This document shows, one piece after another, positions 25,601 through 38,919 of a stretch of 64,000 nucleotides of DNA. How positions within the stretch are numbered: position 1 is the stretch's first letter; every line of letters begins with the position of its first letter. The notes under the pieces were generated by a model, which saw only the letters and a program-made list of their open reading frames with translations, searched no databases and had not been told where the DNA came from. The position numbers and the translations under genes are program-made. The stretch is taken from NCBI RefSeq assembly GCF_000150275.1, contig NW_002060948.1, positions 2,286,180-2,350,179 on the forward strand. The letters are read 5' to 3'. The DNA is from Trichoplax adhaerens (Eukaryota > Animalia > Placozoa).

Positions 25601-28600
25601 TTTATCTTGCTTAAAGATGGAACTCAAATCGATCCTACTTTTTCACCGATTGATCCAATCATGCCTAATTCTATGTTATCATTCCATGCGGAATGTTTAT
25701 GACATTTCTTTCTACTTGACAATCGTTATTGTACGCTGTAATGCGTAATCGTAGCCTTAATTAATGAATAATATTGTTTAATAGACGTAAAAGGTACTAT
25801 TGATCCATCTTTTGTTTCTTGATTTCGTCATTCAATAATAGCCAACTGGATGTTATGTTGGGCACATTTTTTCATCTGATGCCGAGCCATGTAATAAGCA
25901 TATTAAAATACAGATAGTGGATTGACGTGATTGCTTTATTATTGATCAATCGCTATAGAATGATTTAAATCGGATTACAGGAATTAAAATGGTAAAAGAT
26001 TGTTTCTCTTTACTTGACATCAAGTAGTTTATAGCACAATAATAATACATTGTAGAAGAATGGCAATGACACTATCAACTTTCAATAGTGAACAAGAAAT
26101 AGTTCATAAAATCGATCTAATTGGCGATTAAATGATATTGCAAGTTTGGACTATACATTTTACCGTCATAATAACATTGAAATGAGTTGATCAAGAGATA
26201 CATTGTTAAAACATAAATGTGATCAAAAATGGAAATAGTATTGTAATAATTACATTAGAAGATAAATTGAATTGATATGGAGGATCAGATTAGTTCATAT
26301 TTTCATCTACATGATAGATATTTTTATTACTAGAGTGAATAAAAGGTCAAGGATAGGCTTACTACATAAAAGCAAAATGAAAAGAGAACAGCGTGGATAA
26401 ATTGGGTGTCACGGTCGAGAATCTAAAACAGTCCATAATTCCAATATGCTATTATGGTAATGTATTATTGTTCATGATAGCAACATGTCTGCAAATTTAG
26501 GTTGCCATGTGAGAATAAAATAGATCACTATTCATCAGTAGATGTAAACAACTTGATTCCAATTGTCAACAATAGTGTGTAAATTCAACCAGTTTGTTCC
26601 ATAACATATTATTGCTGTAAGAAAATCAAGATCATAGTCTATTTATAATTCAGCTTCAGAATGCAAATACAATCAAACAAAAATTCGAATTTTATTTATA
26701 ATAGTCATTTTCTCCATACAACATAGCAAATAATAGATAGACAATTGTATAGTTGTTGACAACAAGGTCAAATCCATCTTCAGTCGGTATAGTAGTGAAC
26801 TAATTGCGTTACTTTTACTAGTTTATATCTTAAATGGCAATATTTTACGACTCAATCACGCTTTTGATGTACTACCATTTTATTTTTATTATCGATCAAC
26901 AATACAATCAAGGTGTTGATCGAATTGCTCATTAGCGCTCCCTTTTTGCGTTGATGTTGAAAGAATTCGATGCCGTGAATGTTTAGATAGCATTAGTTAG
27001 CGAGTAAAATTTTTCTTTCTTCAATCATTATCGCTATATTTGTAATCCTTATTGGCATTGTATTCAAACTTGCCATAGCTGTTGACATAAAGATAATGTA
27101 GAAACTAGTTGATAATATGGTCCCTCCCTCATTTGTCGTTATTGCCATGTAAATTTGGACAACATTAGAATGCCCTCCTCCTTTAAAAGCTCATTTATGT
27201 TGTTCTTGTCGATAATTTTATTTACATAATTGAGCTCTGATTTAGGAGACCTATAACTTTAGATCCGTTTGGAGAATTCCTATCTTACGATCCTATTTTG
27301 GACGGCTTTTACTGTCGAGTGATTTAGTTCAAATTTACTTTTAAAGTTACTATTTTTCCTATTTTATCTTGGCTACCATCATATTAGAGTCATCGGTTTC
27401 CAGAATAGCTTAAATACTTAAAGAACAAAGATCGCTAAGGATTATGATTCGGAGAATAGCTTTAAATATAAAAAAAATTACTAAAAACAAATAACATCGG
27501 AGTGTGTTAGAAGAATGATATATTAATGAGTCAATCCAATACTTGATGCTCACTGTAGCAAGTATAGGATAGGTTTATTATAATAGTATCGACGTTAATA
27601 AGTTACATATCAGCTGCATACAGATTAAATGGCTTAGTACTAGAGGAACAAAAATATTATTGCATTTAAGTTGTAGAATTAAATTTGTCAACTAATAATA
27701 TTATTATTATTTGAACTTCGTTAACATGTAGCGATCCGGCTAAAATCATTGACATGAGAAATTTACTGATATTGTAAACGAAAACTGTTACTATTTGGAC
27801 CGAATGTTAATTACTACACTTAAATTTGAAAGAATTGTAAATAAACAGACTCTACTTTTGGCCTAAACTTTATAAACAAGTTTGTAGTGATTGTAAAAAC
27901 GAAAAGAGGAATACAAAACAGAAAGTCAGATTTAAACGCTTGTTAAAATTTAAAAATGTTCTTCTAATGTGCCTTCTATAGAGGCCTATAATTTAATCGA
28001 AAGTAGTTTCTATATTGCACATGTTATCTGTAAATATATTCATGAATTCGAAATTTCAGGAGTTGTTAAATAAACAATATACACAGGTGAGAAGGTAATC
28101 ATAATACATTTAATAGCAGTTGCTCTCTCAGTTAAACTTTCATCAATTTATTAAATAATAATAACTGTTGATCTTAAATATGAGATCCTTAGTAGTATTT
28201 TTAAAATAGTTTATCAAAATGAAATGAAATGCCATTTAAGAGACTTGACATGAATATAATCATTCAGTCAATAACTAAGCTATAAATCAGGCGTAAATAT
28301 TTGAATATGATAAAACTAACTGTGAAGGTGAATAAGCGAACAATATTTTAGTTTAGTAAATGATTATTTGCTATTACAGTTATGAATATTATTATCATCA
28401 TGATGGGAATATATTTCGAATTCAACTATTAATGAACTGCGATGAATGAATTATCTTCTAACTGACATTTTTTCTAATTAGTAGTGGCATTAACCTGTGA
28501 AAAAATACTTGACAAATTGAAGACTATGGACAAATATGTAGTATAAATGACTTAATTCTCCGTAGATGGTAGTAATTAATTTGTTTATACTTTCTGATTT

Positions 28601-31417
28601 GAGAACAATTATTGATTAAATTTGCTAAATAGAATGTTAGGGTTATGTACTTAACACTAGAGGTATTTTATGAAGTAATCAATTATTTAATTATCTCTAC
28701 AAATGTGATACTATTATTAAGACTTAGTAATACTAGATTTTGATTATATATTTTAGCTTACTAATTATTGCAATCAGATATCAAAGATAGATGTAAGAAA
28801 TAAGCCCCTTGCCTGGATTAAATCATGATCGAACTGGAAATTACAGGATTCGCAAATTTGGTTTATGCATTATAGTAGTACAGAATTTGTGGCCGAGCAT
28901 TTCTCAGCATCAAGAGAATTAATTGTTCAGCTTTACTTAAAAGAGATCAAAGATCAAATAAAGTTGTTATCAAGATTCCTGTTGATGTTTAAAATTAAAA
29001 TAGATATTAAATGAAACAAAATACAATAAATACGAATTATCGACTATAAATTAGCAGCGTAGAATTGCGAAACAACCACGACTACATCACGATATATATG
29101 TCTTTGTCATGATAATACGAATGATAGCGATAAATTGATAAGATAATTTTAACGCATTGCAAGGGGTAAGCTTTCGTTACAGCTATCAATTCAAGTTGCA
29201 TTCAAACGAAAGTACAAATAAATATTACTTGCCGAAAAAGAGACTCATGGCGAGAAAGAGCTGCCACAATCAAGATTTATAACAATTACAAGAATTTTAC
29301 TGATTCATAAATAATAATCCACTTAGACATTAACGGTCGAAAAGAGTTATATTTTAGTCAAAAGGGCCAGTGGTTGATAAAAGTAAAATGTTCTAATTCA
29401 TTTTGAGATGGAAACGCGACATAAACTCTTACTATGCGCTCTTAATTGTCCACTAAAATTAGATATCTCCGATTATCATTAATTAATTGTTTATAGATCT
29501 TTCTGATGCTGATTGCAATATAAAATTTATCACGTTATAAAAGTACTTCTTTTGAAAAATTATTATATATGCAAATAACTCGATATTATTATTTACCTTT
29601 ACTATTCTATTATAGTTGCCAGTAGCATTTTTTACTATAAGAACTACTTTTCTAATTCCGATTTTTTTCCGTTAGAGAGTGAAGCTTACGGATAATTCTA
29701 ACTGCGGGAAACATACGGTATATGTGCGTACTGCATATAAGTAATATTGAATAGGCAAAGTATTGTTTCTCTCAAATTGGATTAAAGGTTGAAATTTATT
29801 AATACGAGTATAAATATAATCAATAGATTACATTTTATTTATTGATATATTATGTTTCTTAAGTAATATTACAGCAATCAGATGATAAAATATCAGATTC
29901 TAAAGCCTTTAGGGCTCCATTTTAATTTATGAAAAACAGGATGTTGCAACTACCATTGTAACAGAAATGAATGCTGCCATTTCAATCACCAATAAAATTT
30001 TTCATTCGTCCCACTGATTGAGTCAAACACTACAGTAGTTAATTGAGTCTCTAAGCGTTTAAAAACCTCAGACAACTAAGTACTTGAGTACTGTCTATGA
30101 CTACTATCCTAAGTCTCACACAAAAATAGCCAATAACCGTATACGATAACTAAAACTTATCGCTATGCAAACACGAATGTTCTCATGGACATCTAAATTG
30201 AATTTTATATTTATAGAAATCTTTAGATCAAGACAACCTAAACTGATTTAGGTGATTTATCCAATCACTCGATGACAACTCATTCAAAATGTTTTAAATA
30301 CGACTTCACTTAACCTGAGTCAAAGGCAGTTAATTACTTAAATAGTATAAGCATTTACACAACTAGCTACAGCCTACATGCAAATTGCGTGATTATGATT
30401 ACATTCATTAATCGGAAAGTGTACGACTAGTTTTAACTACACGTATAGCGAATGCTATAATTAAGTTAAGGTTATTTAGATTGTGCGAAAATGCTTCAAG
30501 TTGTACGTTAGAATCTAAAATATAACATATTTGGATTGTAGATTCTGATGCAGTAAAATTCAATAGTTGTAGACTGAAGGTAGATAGCCTTTGGTAAGTT
30601 AATAGATGAATCAATTTATTTAAATTAATTAATAAAGTAAATTTTTTATAAGACATTAAAATTTTAGTTATAATCTTTTAAGGTCTTTTGTCCTAATGAT
30701 TTCATTTCAGAGTAGCGAAAATGTAGTTACTGTCAACTCTATCATCAATTGATATTATTTAAAAGATTACGAGTATTACTGCAGACTGACATCTTTAATT
30801 GCATTTAAATAGCCTTCACGGGCTATGTATTTCATCTCTCTGATGATTCATATACGAAGCATTCACAATATTTTAGAGTACTACCATGAATACTTTAAAG
30901 TATGCTATGTAAATTTATACTGTTGTGTAAAAATGACTATAGTATCTGCACGATCAACTATTTAGATTACCGGTAATTGTTAGCAGATTATAATATCAGT
31001 AAGATAAGATCTACAAGATGACATGCTAACTCCACTAAGTTCGCAATTTATAATATGGTTATATATAGTTACATGCATTTAAGATTCTATCGGGTTGGAG
31101 TCTTGCATTAGTATGGATAATCATCTAGGTCCATTACTTATTTATTAAAAGCTGTAATTGGTCAAGATTTGTCTATCTTGTAACAAAAATAGTATCGCAA
31201 GATCACTACTAAGTTAGGAAATTTTGAAAGTTTATTGTTGTTAATTTCAGTTGATCTTCATAACTAACAGTTATTAATAGCTATATATGGTGTCAGCATA
31301 AATGTAAATAGTGTTGAAGGAATACCAGCTTCAGTGTATTTTACAGTACATTACTGATATAGTAAAGTGTAGGCTAGTTGTTCAAAAGAATTGAAATAAT
31401 TGTAATATCGTGCACAT

Positions 31418-32956
31418 CTAAAAATCTGGATCTGATTCGTCGTTTGAATCCCAGCTACACGCATCAACATCGACTCTTTCAAATTCAACGTCTAAATCGT
31501 ACTGGAAAGTATCATCTCCAGGTTTAATTCTATTAGCTTCAAAGGACACGTCCATTTTCTTTTTAATGCGATCTAGTTCGACTTCATCTACTTTATTGAA
31601 GTCTTCATTTAGTACTTTTTCATCAACAGTAGTGCTAGCGCGTTTAAATGGGTTATCCTCCTTAATGGCATTGTCATTTGAATTTATTTCAGTCTCCGGT
31701 TCTTCAGCCAATGTCAGGTGATTTATTAATTTACCTATCAGTCTTTTTAGCTAAGTTTGAAACGACAGAATAAATTTCATGATTATAATGGTACGATGAA
31801 GTATTTATGGAGGTTTAGTAAATGCTATTTTTACAGTTTAGCTGGAAAGTAAAGAAGTATGTAATGAATTTTTGGGTTTTAAAATTGAAGAATCAGCTTA
31901 CTTGTGATTTTGATATCTTGCTTAGATAGTACGAATTCTTCGATCTTTGCATTAACTGATCGAGTAAATCTTCTGAGCTATAAGCATAAAAGGAGACCAT
32001 TATGGTGTAGATTAAGGTTAAGTTATTGGCCATGGTATGGATTTTGCAATTAAGTACCTACAAGTATATCCTTTACTAGTTTATATGCTAGTGAACTAAA
32101 TTAAATATGCTTTGTAATCGGTATTAACTTTACTTCATGCAATAAGGCGTAGCTTTTTATTTAACTTCTACATACTGTAGATTTGAAACTATTTGATAAT
32201 CAAAAAATTTATGGAAAAGATGATTCAGACGAAAAGATATGGAGTTTAAACAATTTAATAAGTAACATCGAGCTACGTTTTCAAACTTTTTCTTGCTTTA
32301 TGTATAATAAGATTATTGGTTCAATAAGAATTAACCTTTGGATTATTTAGATTAACGAGGTTGCATATCTAGTCAACATATACGTACTTAGAGCTTGAAT
32401 TTATTCCACGTATGGGCATAGACCGCCGATGTGTGCTACCTAATCAAAGATCGATAATAATGATCAAGTTTAGAATTTAATAAGCTCAGGAAGTTTTACT
32501 CTTTTTACTTAGGACCTGCTAGTAGTCAGGCTGCATTGTGCATAGCTCATAATTTACGGAATCGAAGTCAGATATATGGCTATGATGCCAAAATTGAATG
32601 ATTTAGAATTTGTAGTTATGAATTTTTCTTTCGTAGTGTCAACTAGTTAATCGTCAATTTAAAATGAAACTTCTCCGGTTAAACTGAGTCTGGCGCATTA
32701 AACTAGCTAGCATTTTACGATAATGTTCAGTATATCATTGATTAATATGCGGTCTACTTGTGGCAATGATGATGAGATTAGTGGAAATTGATTGTAAATG
32801 GTTGGAATACTGATACGCTATATAAATGATTCATCTTGAACCAATTTAGATGATATTTATTGGTTTAAAATTCGTCCTACCTGTCTCGTCTGATATATAA
32901 AAAATGACCAGTGTTGGTGGCGAGTATCGTATTCCACAGTGTTTGACCACTGGCAT
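31418..32956 (-). CDS. CEP19: Centrosomal protein of 19 kDa (about 178 aa)
   Basis: Exons 32956-32881 (MPVVKHCGIRYSPPTLVIFY), 32439-32388 (THRRSMPIRG), 31977-31902, 31750-31418 (EDFNKVDEVELDRIKKKMDVSFEANRIKPGDDTFQYDLDVEF...SWD). Probable 5'UTR intron 33087-32974. Confidence 0.93.
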
Positions 32957-33587
32957 TTTAAAGGATGAATCAGCTGTAAAATCCAACTTATTTCAGTAAT
33001 TTATTTCAATCATCCATCAATACCCGATATACGAGCAAATATAAGACAACTATCCAATTCTACACAGTAAATTCAAGCTTGACTTACGATGTTCTTTAGG
33101 ATAATGGTATACTGTAAGTCTATCGATTTGTTTGGATAGCCACTACTCTAGCTAGCAAATTTGGATGAAATTCAATAGCATTTGCACCAGGATAGAGGTA
33201 GATGTAATTAATTCTTCAGAGATGTTTTCATCCTTATCCTACCACTACCACCTAGCCTCCAGTTCATTAGTAATTCTAATTATTTCAATCTAAGAGTAAA
33301 TAAATTATTATTTTGAAATGATAAATGAACCGACTGAACCGTTAATCTACAGTACCGTACTATCTGGTTACAGTACTAACTGCGGCAGACTCGTACTGTG
33401 CACTGTAGCCTAGCAGACTCTCCTGAGTCTGCAGTCCTATCGCGCACTCTCAAATATAAAACACTACAGTAGCTGCTATCAAGCCTTTCAGACTGGCATC
33501 TCTATGCTCTGTAGACTAGAGACCGTATAATGTCAAGATATCATTTTGCGCCATTGCTGAAATTCAAGAATTAAATTCAATTTGTTA

Positions 33588-34028
33588 TTTCTGTGTTTGC
33601 CTGACTCTACAAGTAACAACCATTTCATAATAGATAATTAACGGCGCTTGTGTGCGTACAAATGTCCCTTAAAAAAATGTTATAGAAGTTTTGCCCTTTC
33701 TGTCATATCCTGACACTACAAGTATTAAACATTTCATAATTATTGGCGCTCATGTATGTACAAATGCCTGTGAATAAAATGTTATAAGTTTTGGGGTCTC
33801 AGTCTTTGCTTGACTTTACAAAGTAGCAAATATTTCATAATCAAGGTTAACAGTGCTCATGTACGTATAAACGTCCCGGAATAAATTGTTATAAGTTTTG
33901 CCGTTTCTGTCTTTGTCTGGCTCTACAAGTAACAATATTTCATAATATAATTAATTAATTAATAATATAATTAACATCGCTCATGCACCTATAACTGTTC
34001 TTGAATGAAAGTGCTGTAAGTCTTGCCT
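33588..34028. repeat. Diverged tandem array, 4 units of about 105-125 bp
   Basis: Recurring TCTGT...CTGACTCTACAAGTA...ATTTCATAAT...GCGCTCATGTA.GTACAAATG...TGTTATAAGTTTTG; units start near 33588, 33697, 33797 and 33904. Confidence 0.9.
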
Positions 34029-37000
34029 TTAAATCGATAGAAAACTATTATTTTTTCATGGTACAGTTACACTGTACACTGATCGCTTCCCTTTGATATG
34101 TCATGATCGGTAGACTACATTTAAATAAAACGTATAAAAAATACAAGTCATGAATGTAATTAGGCATATCGCAACCATGCATTTTTGATGAATTTCTGAT
34201 GCAAAATTGCAATATCGAATGGAAGGGGTCACAACACTAGTGTACAGTAGAATTGCAGTAGCCCGCGAACCGGTAGAAGCTTCTTTCTTTTTATACTCAT
34301 AGAATTTTTTTGACCTCTTTGGCATTTCCTGCTCTATATGGCTCTAGCACTGAATGTAAATATACAATTGTAAGTAGTATGATCCGTTCAAAGCAAAAAA
34401 GAAATTGCTATTACACAACAGTGTGCATTGCCAGTACTCATTGCAATATCCTTCTCATTCACTCCGAATCCAAAATTATTTCATCTCGATCAGACTCCAA
34501 TCCGAAATCCAATGTTTTTTAATTCAACTGCAATACAGTGTAGGTATGTCGTACACGAATCACGAATGCAGTATGATCTATTTTGAACTTTAAAGTGTAT
34601 ACTACTGTAACTGTACACTGTTATACCATGACACAGCCGGACCCGCTATGCACTGTAGTGTATAGTTAAGTGGACAGGGTTAATTTAAGCTGCCGTTTAT
34701 TATTTAGATAAAAATACTACAAGATTATTTTAATTAAATATATATTAATTAGAATTTATTATTAGCTCAGTTAACAAGTATCCAGTTGTTATGTATGTAC
34801 TTCGTAATACTACTTGAGTCAGGTAATAGTCTTGTATAGTGAGTAAATTGATCTAAAGTTTATTAGAAAGCTGGAACGTAACAAAGATAAGATAGATTTA
34901 GTGGTTATTCTAAATCTGTAAGCATAAATCAGTGACGTATATTCGTATTTGTAGTAATCGTAAGGTAAGTCAAGTATAAGCACAGAGTGAATGCAGATGT
35001 AACAGTATGATTAATGTGAAATTATACCAGTCTCAAGTCGAAAAGAATAGAATAAAAGAACTATTCAGAAAAACTTATTCAAACAACAAAAACATCCGCT
35101 AGCATAGTTACAAATCAGGCGCACTTTCCCATGAGTTACATGCATGAAAGTCTATTCTAGGCGAACATGAAACGCGTGCACTTGTGTAACAATAAGCGTG
35201 ATCACTATATTATGTGCGCGTGATAGTACATAGATGTAGCAATGACATTATGCATGTTAACAACTCTAGATATGCAATATCTATCTAACGTGCTATCATA
35301 TTGTAATACCACTTTAATCGAAGATAGGATATCAAACGGCCAGATGCGTTGGTTGTCAGGCTCTACATAGGCTATAGCTACTGTAAGCAAGCTAATAATC
35401 TGCAGCTGTGCGATCTATATGCTGAACTCGTCTTTGCTAGTTGTCATATCATACTATACTATATTTTCAGTCTACTACATTCACGCTGGAAAAATTTTGT
35501 GTCTACCTATAATTCACTGAGATACAAAATTGATAGCTATATCCACAACTAAATTTCGTACTTTAGTGTTCAATCTGTCTTTTGTGTTATTTAGCTATGT
35601 AATCAATCTACTGTATTTGCTAATCAAATAAGCTTTCCCTTTGGAATATAGACCACTATTGCAGACCACTATTACAGGGGCGTGGCGAGTCCTCTAAAAT
35701 GATTGAAAGATGTTCAACTATAGTGTTGCCTTGAGTTATGTCTTTAAATTGTGAAGAAATGTACTTTAAATTTGGCTCCAATTCCATGCAGACAGATCAG
35801 TACAACCTTGAGCAATTGGCTCTTGATAGTTTGATTACTTTTTATCGCAGTATTGTATAGTTCTATTTCTTTCAAGTTTGTAATATAAGCTATAAGTCGC
35901 TGTTACATGTTTGGTCGATCCAACTATTTTACAAGTCATTTCGTAATATCGGTCTATATTGTCTCGTCGCATAAAAGTTGACCTTAGTAATTGGATCATG
36001 CTGCCCTTTTAAAAGTCAACGCTTTGATTATTCATCTTCTAGATGTTGCTCTTTATGCTTTTCCTTTACATTTAGTCTATCCGATAAATCTTCAATATCC
36101 TTTACATGTATGATATTAGACCGATTCCGAATACACAAAGTTGAAAAAAGTTGTGCTTCGACAGCGTAATATGGAGTAACATGGAATTGTCCAAGATTGA
36201 TTTTTTTCGACTTTGTGCATACTGAATCGGCCTAATATATAAGAAACTGGCATTATAAATGCTAAGATGTACATTTATAATTCTATGTTGTATCAGAATG
36301 ATTTTATCAGCATTATCATAATGCACTCCGTTAATATTTACGTACTTTGAATACTAAACCTTTCCGCTTTATCACTAACAATATCACTCCATGCAATTAT
36401 ACGGACGTGGGCTAGCTTCAATATGAAATTACAAAACGTAGACCATGAATACGAAATCTTTACGTTAAATGAAATCGACTGCTTAATTCCTTTCTACTGT
36501 TACAGCGAAGGAATCGGCAAGGATTGTTAGAGAGATATTATATTTTGCGATCTAATGCAATTAAGCAAGCTAAGGTACCATATCTAGTAGTAAATCTTTT
36601 AAAATAAAGAGCCTTACACACTTTCATTGCAGAGATTTTCATTATAAGATGGAATACGAAAACAAGAGAATTTTAACCTTAGCCTTTGTCTCATACATTA
36701 ATCCTGTTTCAAGCTGGTCCGGATGTTAAAGGTTACGTCCTATTTCATTTTGATCAATGTATCTCTCACCGGCATCACAGTATCAAAGTATCAGTTGTGA
36801 TCGTAGTTATAGATGTCAGTTAATGCAGGAAGTTAAAAAAAATGAACCAACTTCCTGCAGTCAGAATTGTGCTTTTAGGTATGCTAATTAAGATAAGTAG
36901 AATTATGCAGAAGTGTCCGTACTCTTGTAAGAGTTTGATTGTTTTAAGTTCTTACTGGTACTTAGAAGATACGAAGCAATCACATGATGTCATTCCCTGA

Positions 37001-37856
37001 AGTAAAGTATTACTATTCATTACTTTCTATGCTGATAAATACATTCTGATATAGAACATAGGGAAGGTGGCTTTGCTTGCTTACCGAACGAAATTTTTCG
37101 GTGTTATTATGAATACTTTACAAAAATAACTCTTTCGTTAAAACTTTTCATATTATTCAAGTGATTGCAACGGTAAAGAAAAACTTGTAGTAATAACCAG
37201 GAAATGATCAATTACAAAATTTATAATTATGGCTACCGGCACTAGAAATTTCTGCTCAAATTATGCAAACGGAACATCGGATGATGTAACCAACATTCCA
37301 TTGGAAATCTTATTTAAACTTAATACTTGTTTTGGGCATAGACTGATGTATGTTCAACTCCTACAGTGTAGTTGGCACAGACAGTACATTCCAATCATTG
37401 TTGTCATTTAATATGATCATTGTCTATTATCATTCTACAGTAGTTTATACCAGGAATATTAACCGTCATTTAGCAATTGCGGCGCTATGATTTATTAATT
37501 AAAGCGATTGAAGATTGATTGGATATTTTTAAATAATAAAATTAACTCGCGAAAACACCAATATTACAAATTGCCTGTATTCAAGCTGAAAAACTGCAGC
37601 TAGGTATTGTAAAAGTAAAGTGCCAGTATGGTATTGGATGTAGGAGTACTGTACTAGTATTAAATTTATATATGTTACGTATATACGAGTGTGCCCTTAC
37701 GTAATTACGTAAGCAACAGTAAAAATTACTGTATTATGAAAAATATATCGTTGTTTGTCAGTTGTAGACGATCATTTTCTACGGAATCATTTGCTAATAG
37801 TCCCGGACTAGGGATAAAGCAGTCAACCACGCGAAGATATTGGAGTTTACTGTCCT

Positions 37857-38261
37857 GTACTTATTCTTAAGGCACAAAATTTTTCTATTACAGTGCAACA
37901 GATATATCCCGTCCATATAGGCTAATAAGAGTTGTATCGTTCCTATTACTGTCGTTTAGTATTTCTTGATAGTCAAATAGCGTAATGTGTTTGCCGCTTC
38001 ATTCTACCCTGTAAGGTATACGTTACTGAATGGGTAATTACACAAACACCCGAAATTTCGTACTTATTCTTAGGACATACACTTTTTTTTATATCGAGAG
38101 AGAGATATCCCGGTATGTAGACTAATAGAGTTGCATAGCTCCTATTGCTGACGTTTACTATTTCTCTAGAGTAAAATAAGGTGATGTATTTACTAGCTCA
38201 ATCTGTCCTATAATGTATACGTTAATGTATAGACAATTATAAATACACCTGAAATTTCGTT
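37857..38261. repeat. Diverged direct duplication, 2 units of about 203 bp, upstream of HES
   Basis: Both units start GTACTTATTCTTA and end CACC(C/T)GAAATTTCGT, with colinear internal blocks (GATATCCCG-like, CTAATA(A)GAGTTG, CCTATT, GTATACGTTA). Confidence 0.88.
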
Positions 38262-38489
38262 ACCAAGGTAATGACCGGTAAGCGATCGGCGCATGTCTCC
38301 TTTCAGGTAAACAGTAAATTGCATAGCAAGCGTCCACAATTGCGTTACTGTCAACTTGATTCAAGTTATCTCATTTATAAATAGGAAGAGCACTTGGCTA
38401 TTATACCTGTATTAGAGTTTTAATGTAATACTGTAGTATTATAGAATTGGATATCATGGCTGGTGATACCGAGAGGCAACCTAATTAAT

Positions 38490-38580
38490 ATTCCGTTCCC
38501 ACGGTCTTCTATTCATGCCTTGTCCTCTTAGCCAATCATTTGCGACTGGCACGTGCCAGACGTACACTACTATTGGTTAA
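38490..38580 (+). promoter_or_regulatory. HES proximal promoter module: CSL/Su(H) site, CCAAT boxes and E(spl)/HES palindrome
   Basis: TTCCCACG at 38496-38503 (reverse complement of CGTGGGAA), CCAAT at about 38532, CTGGCACGTGCCAG at 38546-38559, ATTGG at about 38572; 350-430 bp upstream of the ATG. Confidence 0.7.
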
Positions 38581-38919
38581 CAATGAGGAACATTTATGTT
38601 TACCACCATTCCACACTTAGCCACGTATATCATTGACTACATGTATTATGTTAGCAATTGGACTGGATCATTTCTAATAATTCTACAATAATTAACAAGC
38701 AAGATTTCTTAATCTTAATCCCTCTTGTTTTCATCTTGTCTACTTTTATTTGATCGACGTCAACGTTGAATCGTTCTTATCATCGGCTTACTAGTTGCCA
38801 AGAAATAGCTTTGATTGCAAGCTTATTCATCTCCATTAAAATTCTAATTGAATCTACAGCTCCCCAGTACTGTCTTGAAAGTAGAATTCCATTTACAATA
38901 CACGACCAAACGAATAAAT

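Noticed and set aside
32056-32095. Extra AG...GT-bounded exon candidate in CEP19
   Set aside because: The flanking exons already join in phase, and including it breaks the frame.
33588-34028. CRISPR-like array
   Set aside because: Eukaryotic context; the units are homologous along their whole length with no unique spacers, and there are no cas genes.
38465-38503. Su(H) paired site (SPS) in the HES promoter
   Set aside because: Only one good CSL site; the partner position 15-17 bp away does not match GTGRGAA.
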